34,976 bases of DNA from Promethearchaeota archaeon (lineage in GTDB: Archaea; Asgardarchaeota; Lokiarchaeia; Sigyniarchaeales; SOKP01). The position numbers and the translations under genes are program-made. The notes beneath the pieces were generated by a model, which was given only the letters and a program-made list of their open reading frames with translations, was not told where the DNA came from and searched no databases. Positions 10,102 through 19,988 of this stretch are shown here, in pieces; within the stretch, counting starts at the first letter, position 1; every line of letters begins with the position of its first letter. The stretch lies in assembly GCA_048939015.1 (NCBI GenBank), contig JBHLPW010000051.1, positions 1 through 34,976 of the forward strand, given 5' to 3'.

Positions 10102-10701
10102 ATGGGAGAATTAGATAAAGTAAAAACAAATGATATTGTAAAATCAATTAAAGAAGTCGATGACAAAATGGACAAATTTGCTTCAATTTTAGAAAAGTTT
10201 GGACTTGATATTATTACAAAAATGGGTCAAACCAATTTAAAAATGAATGCTTTAACTGACAAAGTCAATGAGTTGAATAAGGCGACACTCGATATTAAAG
10301 CTCTTACTCCTCAATTAAAAAATGTAATAGAAAACCAAAAAATCCTTGAAACGGAATTAGATTTAATTAGATCTTTAATTCAAAGAGCAGATATATCTTT
10401 TCATTCTAACATTGTTGAACATGAAAAAGTTGAGCGAGATGTGTCCGCAACAGATAAAAAAGAATCAATTGTAGAACAATTCAATAGTCTAAAAAATGAA
10501 CTTGATGATATTGACGAACCTGAATTAATCATTGAACGCCTTGAGAATATCAAAGAAGACATTTTTGTCTTTAAAGGCGGCCATAGAATTCTCTATGAGA
10601 TTTCACAATTTGGAAAGACGTTAATGGAAGAAGAGACAACTTCAGATGAAACTAAAGTATCTTTGAAGGAAAAAATTGTTTTTTGGATAAATAAATTATA
10701 G
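10102..10701 (+). CDS. Hypothetical coiled-coil protein
   Basis: Heptad-rich N-terminal half and helical C-terminal domain; AGGGG upstream. Confidence 0.75.
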   Translation: MGELDKVKTNDIVKSIKEVDDKMDKFASILEKFGLDIITKMGQTNLKMNALTDKVNELNKATLDIKALTPQLKNVIENQKILETELDLIRSLIQRADISFHSNIVEHEKVERDVSATDKKESIVEQFNSLKNELDDIDEPELIIERLENIKEDIFVFKGGHRILYEISQFGKTLMEEETTSDETKVSLKEKIVFWINKL

Positions 10702-10923
10702 TATTTTATTCTTAAAGAGAGTAAAAGAGAAGTGGTATAAGAAAAAAAGTAGATGAAATCAATGGAATATTATCTTCTCCTTATTCTCTCTTCTGAAAAG
10801 AGGTAAATAGTGATCAAATTTGTTATTGATAGTTAGAATGATACCTATTTAAAACCCATGATTTTTGAGATTGAACTTCGAACTTGTATTATTGACAATT
10901 TATAGAAATAAAAAAATTGTGAA

Positions 10924-11355
10924 TTATGGTTTTACAAATATCAGTTTGGCATCATATTCTTCTGGATCTCCACCATCTTCGAGATATTCAACAAAATTTT
11001 TTATATTCTTTAAATTAATTTCAAGTGATCTTGCTTGGATTTTTTCACGAGTGATCTTGGGGACCTCAACCCAGTAGGTTAAATCTGTTATGTCTGCTTT
11101 TTCATTTAAAATAAATCCATATTCTGTAAATTCTGGATGATCAACTTTAGAAGTAGTTTTTTTATTTTCTATTCGTTCTGTATTAATAGAAGTATAATCT
11201 CCCATATATGATTTTACGTAATATTTATTGGGTTCAAGTTCCTTGATTTCTTTTATAGCGACATTCCATATAGGCATGTGTTCTATATCTGATAAAACTT
11301 GCCATACTTTCTTAGATGAGGCATTAATTTCAATCTTTCGTTCAAGTTTTGGCAT
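10924..11355 (-). CDS. SRPBCC (START/polyketide cyclase) family protein
   Basis: IEINASSKKVWQVLSDIEHMPIWN signature; GAGGTGA RBS supports ATG at 11355 rather than 11409. Confidence 0.82.
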   Translation of the reverse strand: MPKLERKIEINASSKKVWQVLSDIEHMPIWNVAIKEIKELEPNKYYVKSYMGDYTSINTERIENKKTTSKVDHPEFTEYGFILNEKADITDLTYWVEVPKITREKIQARSLEINLKNIKNFVEYLEDGGDPEEYDAKLIFVKP

Positions 11356-11483
11356 ATAATCACCTCTTATGCATTTAAAGTGCAATAAGATATTTTTGGT
11401 TTTATACATTTGTGTCTAAGAATTGAATTCATAATACAAAATCAAATTAAAGAAACAAAAGGAGAATACTAAAAAGAATATCT

Positions 11484-12062
11484 TTATTCTTCTAATTTCG
11501 ATTGTAAAGTAAGTTCTGCAATTTTTTGAAATATAGATTTTACATTTTCCCCCGTTAATGCTGAAGTCTCAAAAAATGGGGCACCTATCTTTTCACTTAG
11601 GTGTTCTGCCATTGGTAAGATAATTTTTCTCTCATCTTTTAAATCTATTTTATTACCAATTAAAATTCGAGGAATTCCTGAAAGACCATATTTAACTGAC
11701 GTTGAATACCAGTTATTTATATTTGAGAACGAACTAGATCTTGTAATATCATATACTAACATCATTCCATCCGCGCCATTAAAGTATGGTCGGTGTAACA
11801 TATAGAATTGGGGTTGACCTGCAATATCCCAGACCATAAGATTCACTGTAATATCCTTTCCCATTTCATTTTTTATTGTGACAGGTTCCTTCGTAATATT
11901 TACTCCTACGGTTGGTATATATTCATAATTAAATTTATCTCCACAAAAATTTGTTAAAAGACTTGTTTTACCAACAGCGGGATCCCCGATTACGATTATC
12001 TTAAATATCATCTCTGTGCGTCCTTGAAACACTATTTTTCCTTCTTTATTATCGTCTGACAT
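11484..12062 (-). CDS. Rab-like small GTPase
   Basis: FKIIVIGDPAVGKTS, YIPTVGV, WDIAGQ, GNKID, FETSA; all G-motifs intact; no C-terminal Cys prenylation motif. Confidence 0.93.
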   Translation of the reverse strand: MSDDNKEGKIVFQGRTEMIFKIIVIGDPAVGKTSLLTNFCGDKFNYEYIPTVGVNITKEPVTIKNEMGKDITVNLMVWDIAGQPQFYMLHRPYFNGADGMMLVYDITRSSSFSNINNWYSTSVKYGLSGIPRILIGNKIDLKDERKIILPMAEHLSEKIGAPFFETSALTGENVKSIFQKIAELTLQSKLEE

Positions 12063-12140
12063 GATTTTTCTCAAGTATAGTTTTGATAATTTTCAGTTTT
12101 TAATTAATTAATTAATGAGTTTCGAATATAAAAATTTTAA

Positions 12141-12686
12141 TCATTCTTTTTTAAGTTGAATTCGTTTTTTTATTTCAAATTGTGAAGTTTTACTTTTTTC
12201 TCGCGAGATAAAAAAAATCTGATATAAAAAAAATTTTAATTTTATCCACTTATCTTGTAATTTCTTGATAAGCATTAGGAGATTATCTTTACCATTAATT
12301 TGTCCAACGCTTAAATGGGGATTAAATCCTTTCTTATATTTATTTACATCATTACAATCGGGAACTAATTCAAGAATTTTAGTTTGTAGATCTATGATTA
12401 ATTCAACAGGTTCTGGTTTAAGCCATAAAGTATACTGTTGATGACCATGATTAAAGTAAGAAAATTCTGATAAAGTTATCTCAAAAGCTCCAATAGACTT
12501 ACACATATCTGAAAAAATTTTACTGAGGTTATCATAATCAGTTTCAGGCTTGAATGGATAGAGTAATGTTATATGAGGCATCCATCTTTGGATATTTTGG
12601 TCATAAATTTTACGTATTTCTTGAATTGGAGTCCAACATTCTTCTGAAGGGATGATTACGACAGCAGAAGTGTAAACTTTACTCAT
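12141..12686 (-). CDS. 2H phosphoesterase (2'-5' RNA ligase superfamily)
   Basis: Two HxT/S motifs: PHITLLYPF and PHLSVGQ. Confidence 0.88.
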   Translation of the reverse strand: MSKVYTSAVVIIPSEECWTPIQEIRKIYDQNIQRWMPHITLLYPFKPETDYDNLSKIFSDMCKSIGAFEITLSEFSYFNHGHQQYTLWLKPEPVELIIDLQTKILELVPDCNDVNKYKKGFNPHLSVGQINGKDNLLMLIKKLQDKWIKLKFFLYQIFFISREKSKTSQFEIKKRIQLKKE

Positions 12687-12765
12687 ATTCTCATATAATA
12701 ATTATAATTTATCGATTACTATAAAAAACTAAATTTTAATTTTCTTAAAGTTTATTAGTTTACTA

Positions 12766-13272
12766 ATGAAGATAAAACAAAGGCATTTCATTCGAAAATC
12801 TGATTTAAGACCTTTAAAAGAAGAAATTTTAAAGCAATATGATCATAAATTTATAAGTCAAATATTTCCTCAAAAAAGCAATGTGGAAGTTATTGAAACA
12901 GAAGCAGGAGATACATTATATGCTATTAACAATGTATTAAAACTTTGGAAATCTAAGGATGGCTATATTCCAGTCTTGACCCTACTATTAAACAAGCAGG
13001 TGGATTTAAAGATAGTTGTTGTCGATTTTGGAGCAGTTCGTTATGTAGCCAATGGTGCAGATATAATGCGACCAGGAATAACCAAAATAGATCCTTTAAT
13101 CAGGAAAGGAGAAATTATACAAATTATAGAAGAAACTAAAAATAGGCCTTTAGCTGTTGGAAAAGCCCTTTTTGATGCTTCAGAAATGGAAACAAAAAGT
13201 TCTGGAAAAGTTATAGAGAATCTTCATACAATTCAAGATTCTGTATGGGAATTTGAAAAGCAGTTTAAGTAA
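12766..13272 (+). CDS. PUA-domain RNA-binding protein (MCT-1/Tma20-like, pre-PUA + PUA)
   Basis: VVDFGAVRYVANGADIMRPGI, PLAVG, GKVIENLHTIQDSVW. Confidence 0.92.
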   Translation: MKIKQRHFIRKSDLRPLKEEILKQYDHKFISQIFPQKSNVEVIETEAGDTLYAINNVLKLWKSKDGYIPVLTLLLNKQVDLKIVVVDFGAVRYVANGADIMRPGITKIDPLIRKGEIIQIIEETKNRPLAVGKALFDASEMETKSSGKVIENLHTIQDSVWEFEKQFK

Positions 13273-13564
13273 ATTCTGCTTTCAAAATTGATCCAAGTAG
13301 AATTTTTTCTGATTCTGGTAATTCATTAATAGTTTGGCTTTCTAATTCATAAAAATCCAATAATTCTCCACATTCTTTAAATTTGTATAAATTAATTATG
13401 ATCTTCAATCCTTCTTCTACGATTTTTTGATCTTCGAATTCATGTGAAGCTTGCATTAACTTAATTATTGAATGGGACTTCCATAATTCATTTCCATAAA
13501 GATAATTGTCCATACCTAAAAATTCTTCAAAAATTTCCGTAAAAAATTCTACTTCAGCAATCAA
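13265..13564 (-). CDS. Small acidic helical hypothetical protein (99 aa)
   Basis: Strong GAGGTGA RBS about 12 nt upstream of TTG; 8-bp convergent overlap with the PUA gene. Confidence 0.65.
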   Translation of the reverse strand: MIAEVEFFTEIFEEFLGMDNYLYGNELWKSHSIIKLMQASHEFEDQKIVEEGLKIIINLYKFKECGELLDFYELESQTINELPESEKILLGSILKAEFT

Positions 13565-13849
13565 TTTTAGATTATATCACCTCAACCCTTACTTACTGAA
13601 AATAAATAATTCTCCCTTGCATGTATATATTATTCCATTAATATATTTTAATCATAATGCTTTCAGATGTATTCCGTTATGATAATACTAACATTTCAGA
13701 AATACTGGTAAATGTTGATAGTTAGTATTAACAATTATCTGAAGTTATAAAAAAGATTTGAGAACCATCTAATTAAAACTCTAATAATATCTAGGTATCT
13801 ATCTGAAAGCTATTTTTAAAACAAATATAAATTATAACCAGTGGAATTA

Positions 13850-14779
13850 TCATTCGATAGCAAAAGTAATCTCTGTTCGTGATTCCACTTCATGAAAGCC
13901 AAATTTTTTATAGAGGGATAATGCTTTTTCATTTTTAGCTTCTACCCCTAAATCGATTGTTTTACAACCATTCTCATTTAGAGATTGAATCCCCATATCC
14001 AAAAGTGCACTGCCAATTCCAAGATGATGATACTTTTGAAGCACTCCTAAAATAGCTACTCTCCCTAAATGCTTTGTTTTCGGATTGATCGCTACGGTAC
14101 AAACCCCGATTAGCTCATTCCCATCATAAGCTAAACAATTAAGATAGTTAAATTGTTTTTCAGCAGCTCTTCTTACCGATTTGTATTTTTCTTCTGTAAA
14201 TGGTCTAAATTCGAAATGATCCTTAAAGGCATCATTTAGTACTGAAATATAACTGGCGTAATCAATTAATTCTTTTTCATTTTGAAAGGTAATGTTATTC
14301 GGAATTATTGATTTTGGAACTTCTTTAATATCATCTAATTGCATCCGGAAATGAAAATGAACTGGTTCTAATCCCATTTCCATAATCATAGCTTGTAGAG
14401 GAGAATCTATATAATTATGCTTGGTTATTTCAAATATAATTTTTGGGTGAGTTTGTGCTTTAATAATTTTTAGAAGTGATTTAAATAATTCTACTAGTAA
14501 TTTCGACTTGTGGTATTTTGGTAGTGTATGATATATCAAGTTCCAGGAATCACGTTCAGAAGATTTAAAGAGACCTGCAAAACCGATTAATTTTCCTTTC
14601 TTATCTTCCACAACTAAACAATCTTTTGAAAGATCTGTTTGATCTTCTACTGTAAGTACTACATTATTGAATATTTCTTCATTCATTCTTGCGCCAGGTC
14701 TAATAACTTTAACTGATTTATCATATACTTCTATAAGTCCGGTTTTATCAGAGGTCTTATTAAAAGGTCTAATTATCAT
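13850..14779 (-). CDS. Tandem GNAT N-acetyltransferase (MshD-like architecture)
   Basis: C-terminal GVLQKYHHLGIGSALL and V..KNEKALSLYKKFGF motifs; degenerate N-terminal GNAT domain. Confidence 0.87.
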   Translation of the reverse strand: MIIRPFNKTSDKTGLIEVYDKSVKVIRPGARMNEEIFNNVVLTVEDQTDLSKDCLVVEDKKGKLIGFAGLFKSSERDSWNLIYHTLPKYHKSKLLVELFKSLLKIIKAQTHPKIIFEITKHNYIDSPLQAMIMEMGLEPVHFHFRMQLDDIKEVPKSIIPNNITFQNEKELIDYASYISVLNDAFKDHFEFRPFTEEKYKSVRRAAEKQFNYLNCLAYDGNELIGVCTVAINPKTKHLGRVAILGVLQKYHHLGIGSALLDMGIQSLNENGCKTIDLGVEAKNEKALSLYKKFGFHEVESRTEITFAIE

Positions 14780-14959
14780 AAAATTTCACTCATTTAGATA
14801 TTAATAAAGTTTTTTTCAAATAAAGTAGTTGGATTTAGTTATGTTATTTAATTATCTCGCTCTATATATGTCTTATTACCTCTCTATGATTGTTTGTTTA
14901 TTTATTTTATCTGCATTAAATTCAATATATTTTAAATTGAATTATGAGTTAAAGATCGT

Positions 14960-15751
14960 ATGAGCAGTAATGAACTTATTTTATATGAAGTGAAAGGTCG
15001 TATAGCAGTAATAACAATAAATAGACCAGATAAGGCTAATGCATGTAATATACCGATGTTAAAATCAATTCACGAAAGCTTAATTAATGCAGACACTGAT
15101 GAGAAAGTTAAATGCATTTTAATAAAGAGTACAGGGCAAAGGTTCTTCTCGGCTGGTTATGATTTGAAAGAAATCCAAGGATCTCTCGAAAAAGTAGCAC
15201 AAATAACTGAATGGGGTAGGAAAGTCAATGAGACTATTGTTCTTATGAAAAAACCAGTAATTACCCAGATTCAAGGTATTGCTATTGGTTTTGGTGTAAT
15301 GGTGATTATGGCTTCTGATTTAAGAGTTTTTGCGGATAGACCTATTGATGAATTATATTTGAGATTACCAGAACTTGCGATTTCTGCTTTTCCTCAAACG
15401 GGGGCTACTCTTTTACCCTTATTGGGATTAGGATTAACTTATGCAAAGAACCTCCTTTTTACAACAGATAAATTTGGTGTAGAAGAATTAAAGAATATTA
15501 ATTTTCCTGCAAGAATTTTCCCACTTGATCTACTTGAAACAGAGACTCTTAGTTTTGCAAAACAGATTGTTAAATATCAAACAGAATTTATTTTTTTCAC
15601 AAAAGCTATGCTAACTATTATGAATAAAGCCTATCTAAAGTCATGTTTCGATTTGGAAGATGAATGTGGAAAAGCTGCTTATGATACTAAGAAAATGAAT
15701 ATGAAAGAACTAGATGATTTCATAAAGGGGCTACATAAGAAGTATCCCTAA
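14960..15751 (+). CDS. Enoyl-CoA hydratase/isomerase (crotonase) family protein
   Basis: ITINRPDKANA, FSAGYDL, KPVITQIQGIAIGFG, LPE. Confidence 0.9.
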   Translation: MSSNELILYEVKGRIAVITINRPDKANACNIPMLKSIHESLINADTDEKVKCILIKSTGQRFFSAGYDLKEIQGSLEKVAQITEWGRKVNETIVLMKKPVITQIQGIAIGFGVMVIMASDLRVFADRPIDELYLRLPELAISAFPQTGATLLPLLGLGLTYAKNLLFTTDKFGVEELKNINFPARIFPLDLLETETLSFAKQIVKYQTEFIFFTKAMLTIMNKAYLKSCFDLEDECGKAAYDTKKMNMKELDDFIKGLHKKYP

Positions 15752-16061
15752 TTTTTTTATTATAAAATATTCCAGTAGAAATTGTTTTTATTCAACCCCA
15801 AGTAATAATTTTTTAGTAAATAGTTCTGGGCTTTTTACTTAGTCATTTAAAAGGACTTTTGGTAACTATAATTCTTGTGTAGTATAGAATTAAAGTCGTA
15901 TATTATACAGGTAATATGTTCCTTGCATATTACATTGTAATAATAATCGACTGTAATACTATATTATCAAGGACTATATGTTGATGGTCATATCGAATAT
16001 ACTAATAAGCATATCTCGATGACTTATCAAGATAAAAAAAAAAGAGGTTGTGTGTGGTAAA

Positions 16062-16361
16062 ATGAGTATGTATCGATCATATTTATTAAAAAATAATTTC
16101 TGGGCAAAAAAGGGGAATGAAAAACTACCTGGGACCGAAAAAGTTTTCATTAAACACGATTCTGGAGTTGGAGGAATTTATGCTGTTATTGAAAATGATA
16201 GGAAAGGTGTTAAAATTATAGCTGAGGGAAGAGAATACTTCTTCAATAATTTTGATAAGCTGGATTCCTTTTTAACTCGCCTTCAGCAAAGAAAGGATGA
16301 TTTCATGAAGATTCTTAGAAGAAAGAATATATCTCAGAGATTAAGAATGTTAGAAATTTAA
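16062..16361 (+). CDS. Small basic hypothetical protein (~99 aa)
   Basis: ORF preceded by GAGGT; start uncertain (GTG 16050, ATG 16062 or 16068). Confidence 0.6.
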   Translation: MSMYRSYLLKNNFWAKKGNEKLPGTEKVFIKHDSGVGGIYAVIENDRKGVKIIAEGREYFFNNFDKLDSFLTRLQQRKDDFMKILRRKNISQRLRMLEI

Positions 16362-16437
16362 ATTTTTTTTTAAAAAATTTTATTAAAATTTTTAATAGAA
16401 ATAGTTAAATCAAATTTGATTAGATATTATTCTATTT

Positions 16438-18048
16438 TTAAGATTTATAAATAGGCTGAAGTCCTGTTTGAAAATGCCTTAATCGTAATTCTGCGCCTCG
16501 AGATATTTTGACTTTCGGTATTTTACTTTTATTTTTAAAAAGTTCTGTAATAGCAGCCACGGCATAATCGATATGAGCTGCACTATACACATTTCGCGGC
16601 ATTGCGAAGCGAACTAAATTTAAAACTCCTTTTTGTTGTTCGGGTGTCTTTTTATCCCATTCAAAAGCAAAAGGTCCTAATTCAACAGCTCGTATACCAT
16701 AATGTTTAAGAAGTTCGATTGTGAAACCAACACCTCCAAAATCATCGATCTTCATATCTGTTCCTTCGAAAAATTTTTCCATATTAATATATACTGCATG
16801 TCCTCCAGCGGGAAGAATGACAGGAACACCATTTATAGCGAGTTTCCTTGCAAATTCTCTTACTTGAGTTTTCCGGTCATTTAAATAAGGTTCTTTGACA
16901 ACTTCATAAAGTCCTGCTGCCAATGCCATGATATCCCTACCACTCATCCCTCCGTAAGAATCATTTCCAAAAGTTAATATCTGTCTTTCTTTTAATTTAA
17001 TCCCAATATCTTCCTCTATGGAAAATTTCTTATGAAAAACGCCCTTATCTCTAAAGAAAAAGCCTCCCCCTATATTCGCTAGACCATCTTTTTTGAAACT
17101 AATGGTAAAACCATCTACGTATTTGAACATTTCTTGAACAATACTTGGAATTGAGTGGTTTTTATATCCTTCTTCAAATTCTTTTATGAAATTTGCATTC
17201 TCGCTAAAACGACATGCATCAAAAAAAAATGGAATATTATATTTCGTTGCAATTTTATGAACTGCTTTTATGTTTTGCATTGAGACAGGTTGACCAGCAG
17301 CTGTATTATTTGTAATTGTAACATAAATTAATGGAATTGATTCGACACCTTTATCTTGGATGAGATTTTCTAACCTCTCAAGATCCATATTTCCTTTAAA
17401 AGGATTTCTTTTATCCATTTCATCATAAGGAAAATCTTCCATTAGAGTTGAAGAAAACAGATTAACTGCTTGTATACCATTTGCTGCAATATTTGCTTCA
17501 GTAGTATCAAAATGACCATTATTTGGTATGTAATAGGTAATATTTTTATTTTCTTTTAAAATTGGGGCTATAGTCGAGAATAATAAATGTTCTGCGCATC
17601 GTCCTTGTGGAACAATAAAAGCATTAGGACGAGTTAATTGATGAATACCTCCATTTATAAAGCCACCCTCATATAAAGTAATATATAATTCATCCATGAG
17701 TTTCTTTACATTCGTTTCACCGGAAAGAATCAAATCAATTGATCTTTTTGGATTATCACCTCGTTCAAATGTGTCCCGAATTGCTTCTAGAAGAACATAA
17801 TATCCCTTATTCCGAGCGTAAGATTCATCTCCATGGAATAAAGCAGCCCATTGATAATCCGTCATTGTACCTGAGCCTGAATCTGATAAAAAATCTACAA
17901 AAATTAAATCTGCTGGAAAGGAAAACATGCTATATTCTGTTTTCTCAAGTGCATATTCGCGTTGTTCCTTAGTAACTTGTTTAATTGTTCTAACAACTAA
18001 GGGTTTATTTGCTGGGATCGGAACTCCCAATTCATCTTGTGATTTCAA
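16438..18048 (-). CDS. tnaA: Tryptophanase (PLP-dependent beta-eliminating lyase)
   Basis: DFLSDSG, GDESYA, QGR, HFDTT, DACRF, PLP-lysine SFKKDG, YGGMSGRD; C-terminal LRHF (tryptophanase-type, versus RFF in tyrosine phenol-lyase). Confidence 0.82.
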   Translation of the reverse strand: MKSQDELGVPIPANKPLVVRTIKQVTKEQREYALEKTEYSMFSFPADLIFVDFLSDSGSGTMTDYQWAALFHGDESYARNKGYYVLLEAIRDTFERGDNPKRSIDLILSGETNVKKLMDELYITLYEGGFINGGIHQLTRPNAFIVPQGRCAEHLLFSTIAPILKENKNITYYIPNNGHFDTTEANIAANGIQAVNLFSSTLMEDFPYDEMDKRNPFKGNMDLERLENLIQDKGVESIPLIYVTITNNTAAGQPVSMQNIKAVHKIATKYNIPFFFDACRFSENANFIKEFEEGYKNHSIPSIVQEMFKYVDGFTISFKKDGLANIGGGFFFRDKGVFHKKFSIEEDIGIKLKERQILTFGNDSYGGMSGRDIMALAAGLYEVVKEPYLNDRKTQVREFARKLAINGVPVILPAGGHAVYINMEKFFEGTDMKIDDFGGVGFTIELLKHYGIRAVELGPFAFEWDKKTPEQQKGVLNLVRFAMPRNVYSAAHIDYAVAAITELFKNKSKIPKVKISRGAELRLRHFQTGLQPIYKS

Positions 18049-18229
18049 AATTTTAAACCTGCAAATTAAAGTTAAGAATTATTTTGAGTTTTTCAAAGAT
18101 ACTTGAATCTATAATAATAAATCATTAAAAAATGATTTGTAAAGTTGAATCTTAATGATAAATGAAAATTTTAATATATATTTCAAATTCAATAATAATT
18201 AGAATTATTTTTTTAAGGAGATAATAAAA

Positions 18230-19909
18230 ATGGAACTCCCAGATTATATTAAAAACCGAATTTGGAAAGAATATTTACCTGAAGGAATAACATTAGATAT
18301 CGAAATTCCTGAAAATAAGTCTTTAATTGATGTATTTGAAACAGGTGTGAAAGAGTATGCCGATAAAGTAGCCATGGATTACTTCGGAAGGGAATTCACA
18401 TTTAGAGAAATGGATTTTTTAACTCGAAGATTTGCTAATGCCCTCTTAAAATTGGGAATAAAAAAAGGAAATGTGGTTGCCCTTTGGTTGCCAAATAGCC
18501 CACATTTTAGCTTTTGTTATTTCGCTACTATGAGTCTTGGAGCTACATTGACTGCAATCAGTCCACTATTTGTAGCAAGGGAAATGGCATATCAAATAAA
18601 AGATTCGGGTGCTAAATATCTTATAATGCTTGATGGATTCTTTCAAGAGTTTAAAAAAGTTGAAGATCAACTAATCTTAGAAAAAGTAATATTAGTGAAT
18701 GTTGAGGGAAAAGTTCCAGATGTACCTGAGACAAACAAATTAATTCATTACAACACGTTGATGGATTCAAATCCTGAACCTCTTACAGATTTCAAGGTTG
18801 AGATTAATCCAAAAGAAGATATTGCGATTATCCAGTATACAGGAGGTACAACGGGTGACCCAAAAGGTGCTGAGCTTACTCATTACAATGCTCTATCAAA
18901 TCTTATGCAAATTGGACAAGTCTCAGATTATATGAAAGAATATTATATTAAGAAAGATCTCGTGGGGCTTTCTATACTCCCTTGGTATCATGTATATGGT
19001 CAAATATGTGAACTTTTACAAGGTCCACGTACTGGAGGTAAAGCGATTATTTTTCCAACATTTGATATCCCTCGAATAATTGAAACTATCAAGAAAAAAG
19101 ATGCTAATTTCATACTTGGAGTGCCAACTATGTTTATTAATATCCTAGGATCGTCTTTAAGTAAAGATGTTGATTTTTCAAATCTTAAGTATTGTAATGT
19201 AGGTGCATCACCAATGCCAGTTGAAATTGGAAATGAATGGGAAGCGAAGACTGGGTTTCCTTTAGGAGAGGGGTATGGTTTAAGTGAATCAACTGTATGT
19301 ATTTCAAGTCTACCACCATGGAGCAAGAAAAAACTAGGAAGTTGTGGACTACCTGTTGCGAGTACTCTTATTGGGATTATTGATGAAAACCTGAATTTTT
19401 TGCCAATAGGGGAATCTGGAGAATTGGTTGCCTCGGGACCTCAGATTATGTTAGGATATCACAACCGACCAGAAGAGAATAAAAAGGTATTCTTTGAAGC
19501 AGGGGGATATAGATGGCTAAGAACAGGTGATTATGCAAAATTGGATGAAGAAGGTTATATCTTTTTAATCGATAGAGTCAAAGATATGATTAAATATAAA
19601 GGTCATAGTGTTTATCCAAGAGAAATTGAGGAAGTTTTATATGAACATCCTGCGATTCAGGAATGTACTGTTGTTGGTATAAAAGATCCAGATCGAGGTG
19701 AAAATATTATGGCACATATCATTCTCAAGAAAGAATATCAAGGAAAAATCAGTGAGAAAGAAATAATCGATTGGTCAAAGGAACAAATGGCTGCCTATAA
19801 ATATCCAAGAATAATAAAATTTGTAGATTCTCTTCCAAAGAGTGCGGTAGGAAAAGTTTTAAGGCGAGTTATTAGAGATAAGGAAATTAATAAAGCTGAA
19901 AAGAAATAA
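18230..19909 (+). CDS. fadD: Long-chain fatty acid--CoA ligase
   Basis: QYTGGTTGDPKG, EGYGLSE, WLRTGD, DRVKDMI, LPKSAVGK. Confidence 0.92.
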   Translation: MELPDYIKNRIWKEYLPEGITLDIEIPENKSLIDVFETGVKEYADKVAMDYFGREFTFREMDFLTRRFANALLKLGIKKGNVVALWLPNSPHFSFCYFATMSLGATLTAISPLFVAREMAYQIKDSGAKYLIMLDGFFQEFKKVEDQLILEKVILVNVEGKVPDVPETNKLIHYNTLMDSNPEPLTDFKVEINPKEDIAIIQYTGGTTGDPKGAELTHYNALSNLMQIGQVSDYMKEYYIKKDLVGLSILPWYHVYGQICELLQGPRTGGKAIIFPTFDIPRIIETIKKKDANFILGVPTMFINILGSSLSKDVDFSNLKYCNVGASPMPVEIGNEWEAKTGFPLGEGYGLSESTVCISSLPPWSKKKLGSCGLPVASTLIGIIDENLNFLPIGESGELVASGPQIMLGYHNRPEENKKVFFEAGGYRWLRTGDYAKLDEEGYIFLIDRVKDMIKYKGHSVYPREIEEVLYEHPAIQECTVVGIKDPDRGENIMAHIILKKEYQGKISEKEIIDWSKEQMAAYKYPRIIKFVDSLPKSAVGKVLRRVIRDKEINKAEKK

Positions 19910-19988
19910 TTAGGATTATTTTTTTATTAGACCATTTCTTTTTTTTCAATAAATATCTGGATTTATTATCTCGGTCAATAGTTAAATA

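Noticed and set aside
10715-10792. Bipartite inverted repeat AAGAGAG..GAGAAG / CTTCTC..CTCTCTT between convergent genes
   Set aside because: Low-complexity purine/pyrimidine arms around a 41-nt loop; no recognisable ncRNA or SECIS features
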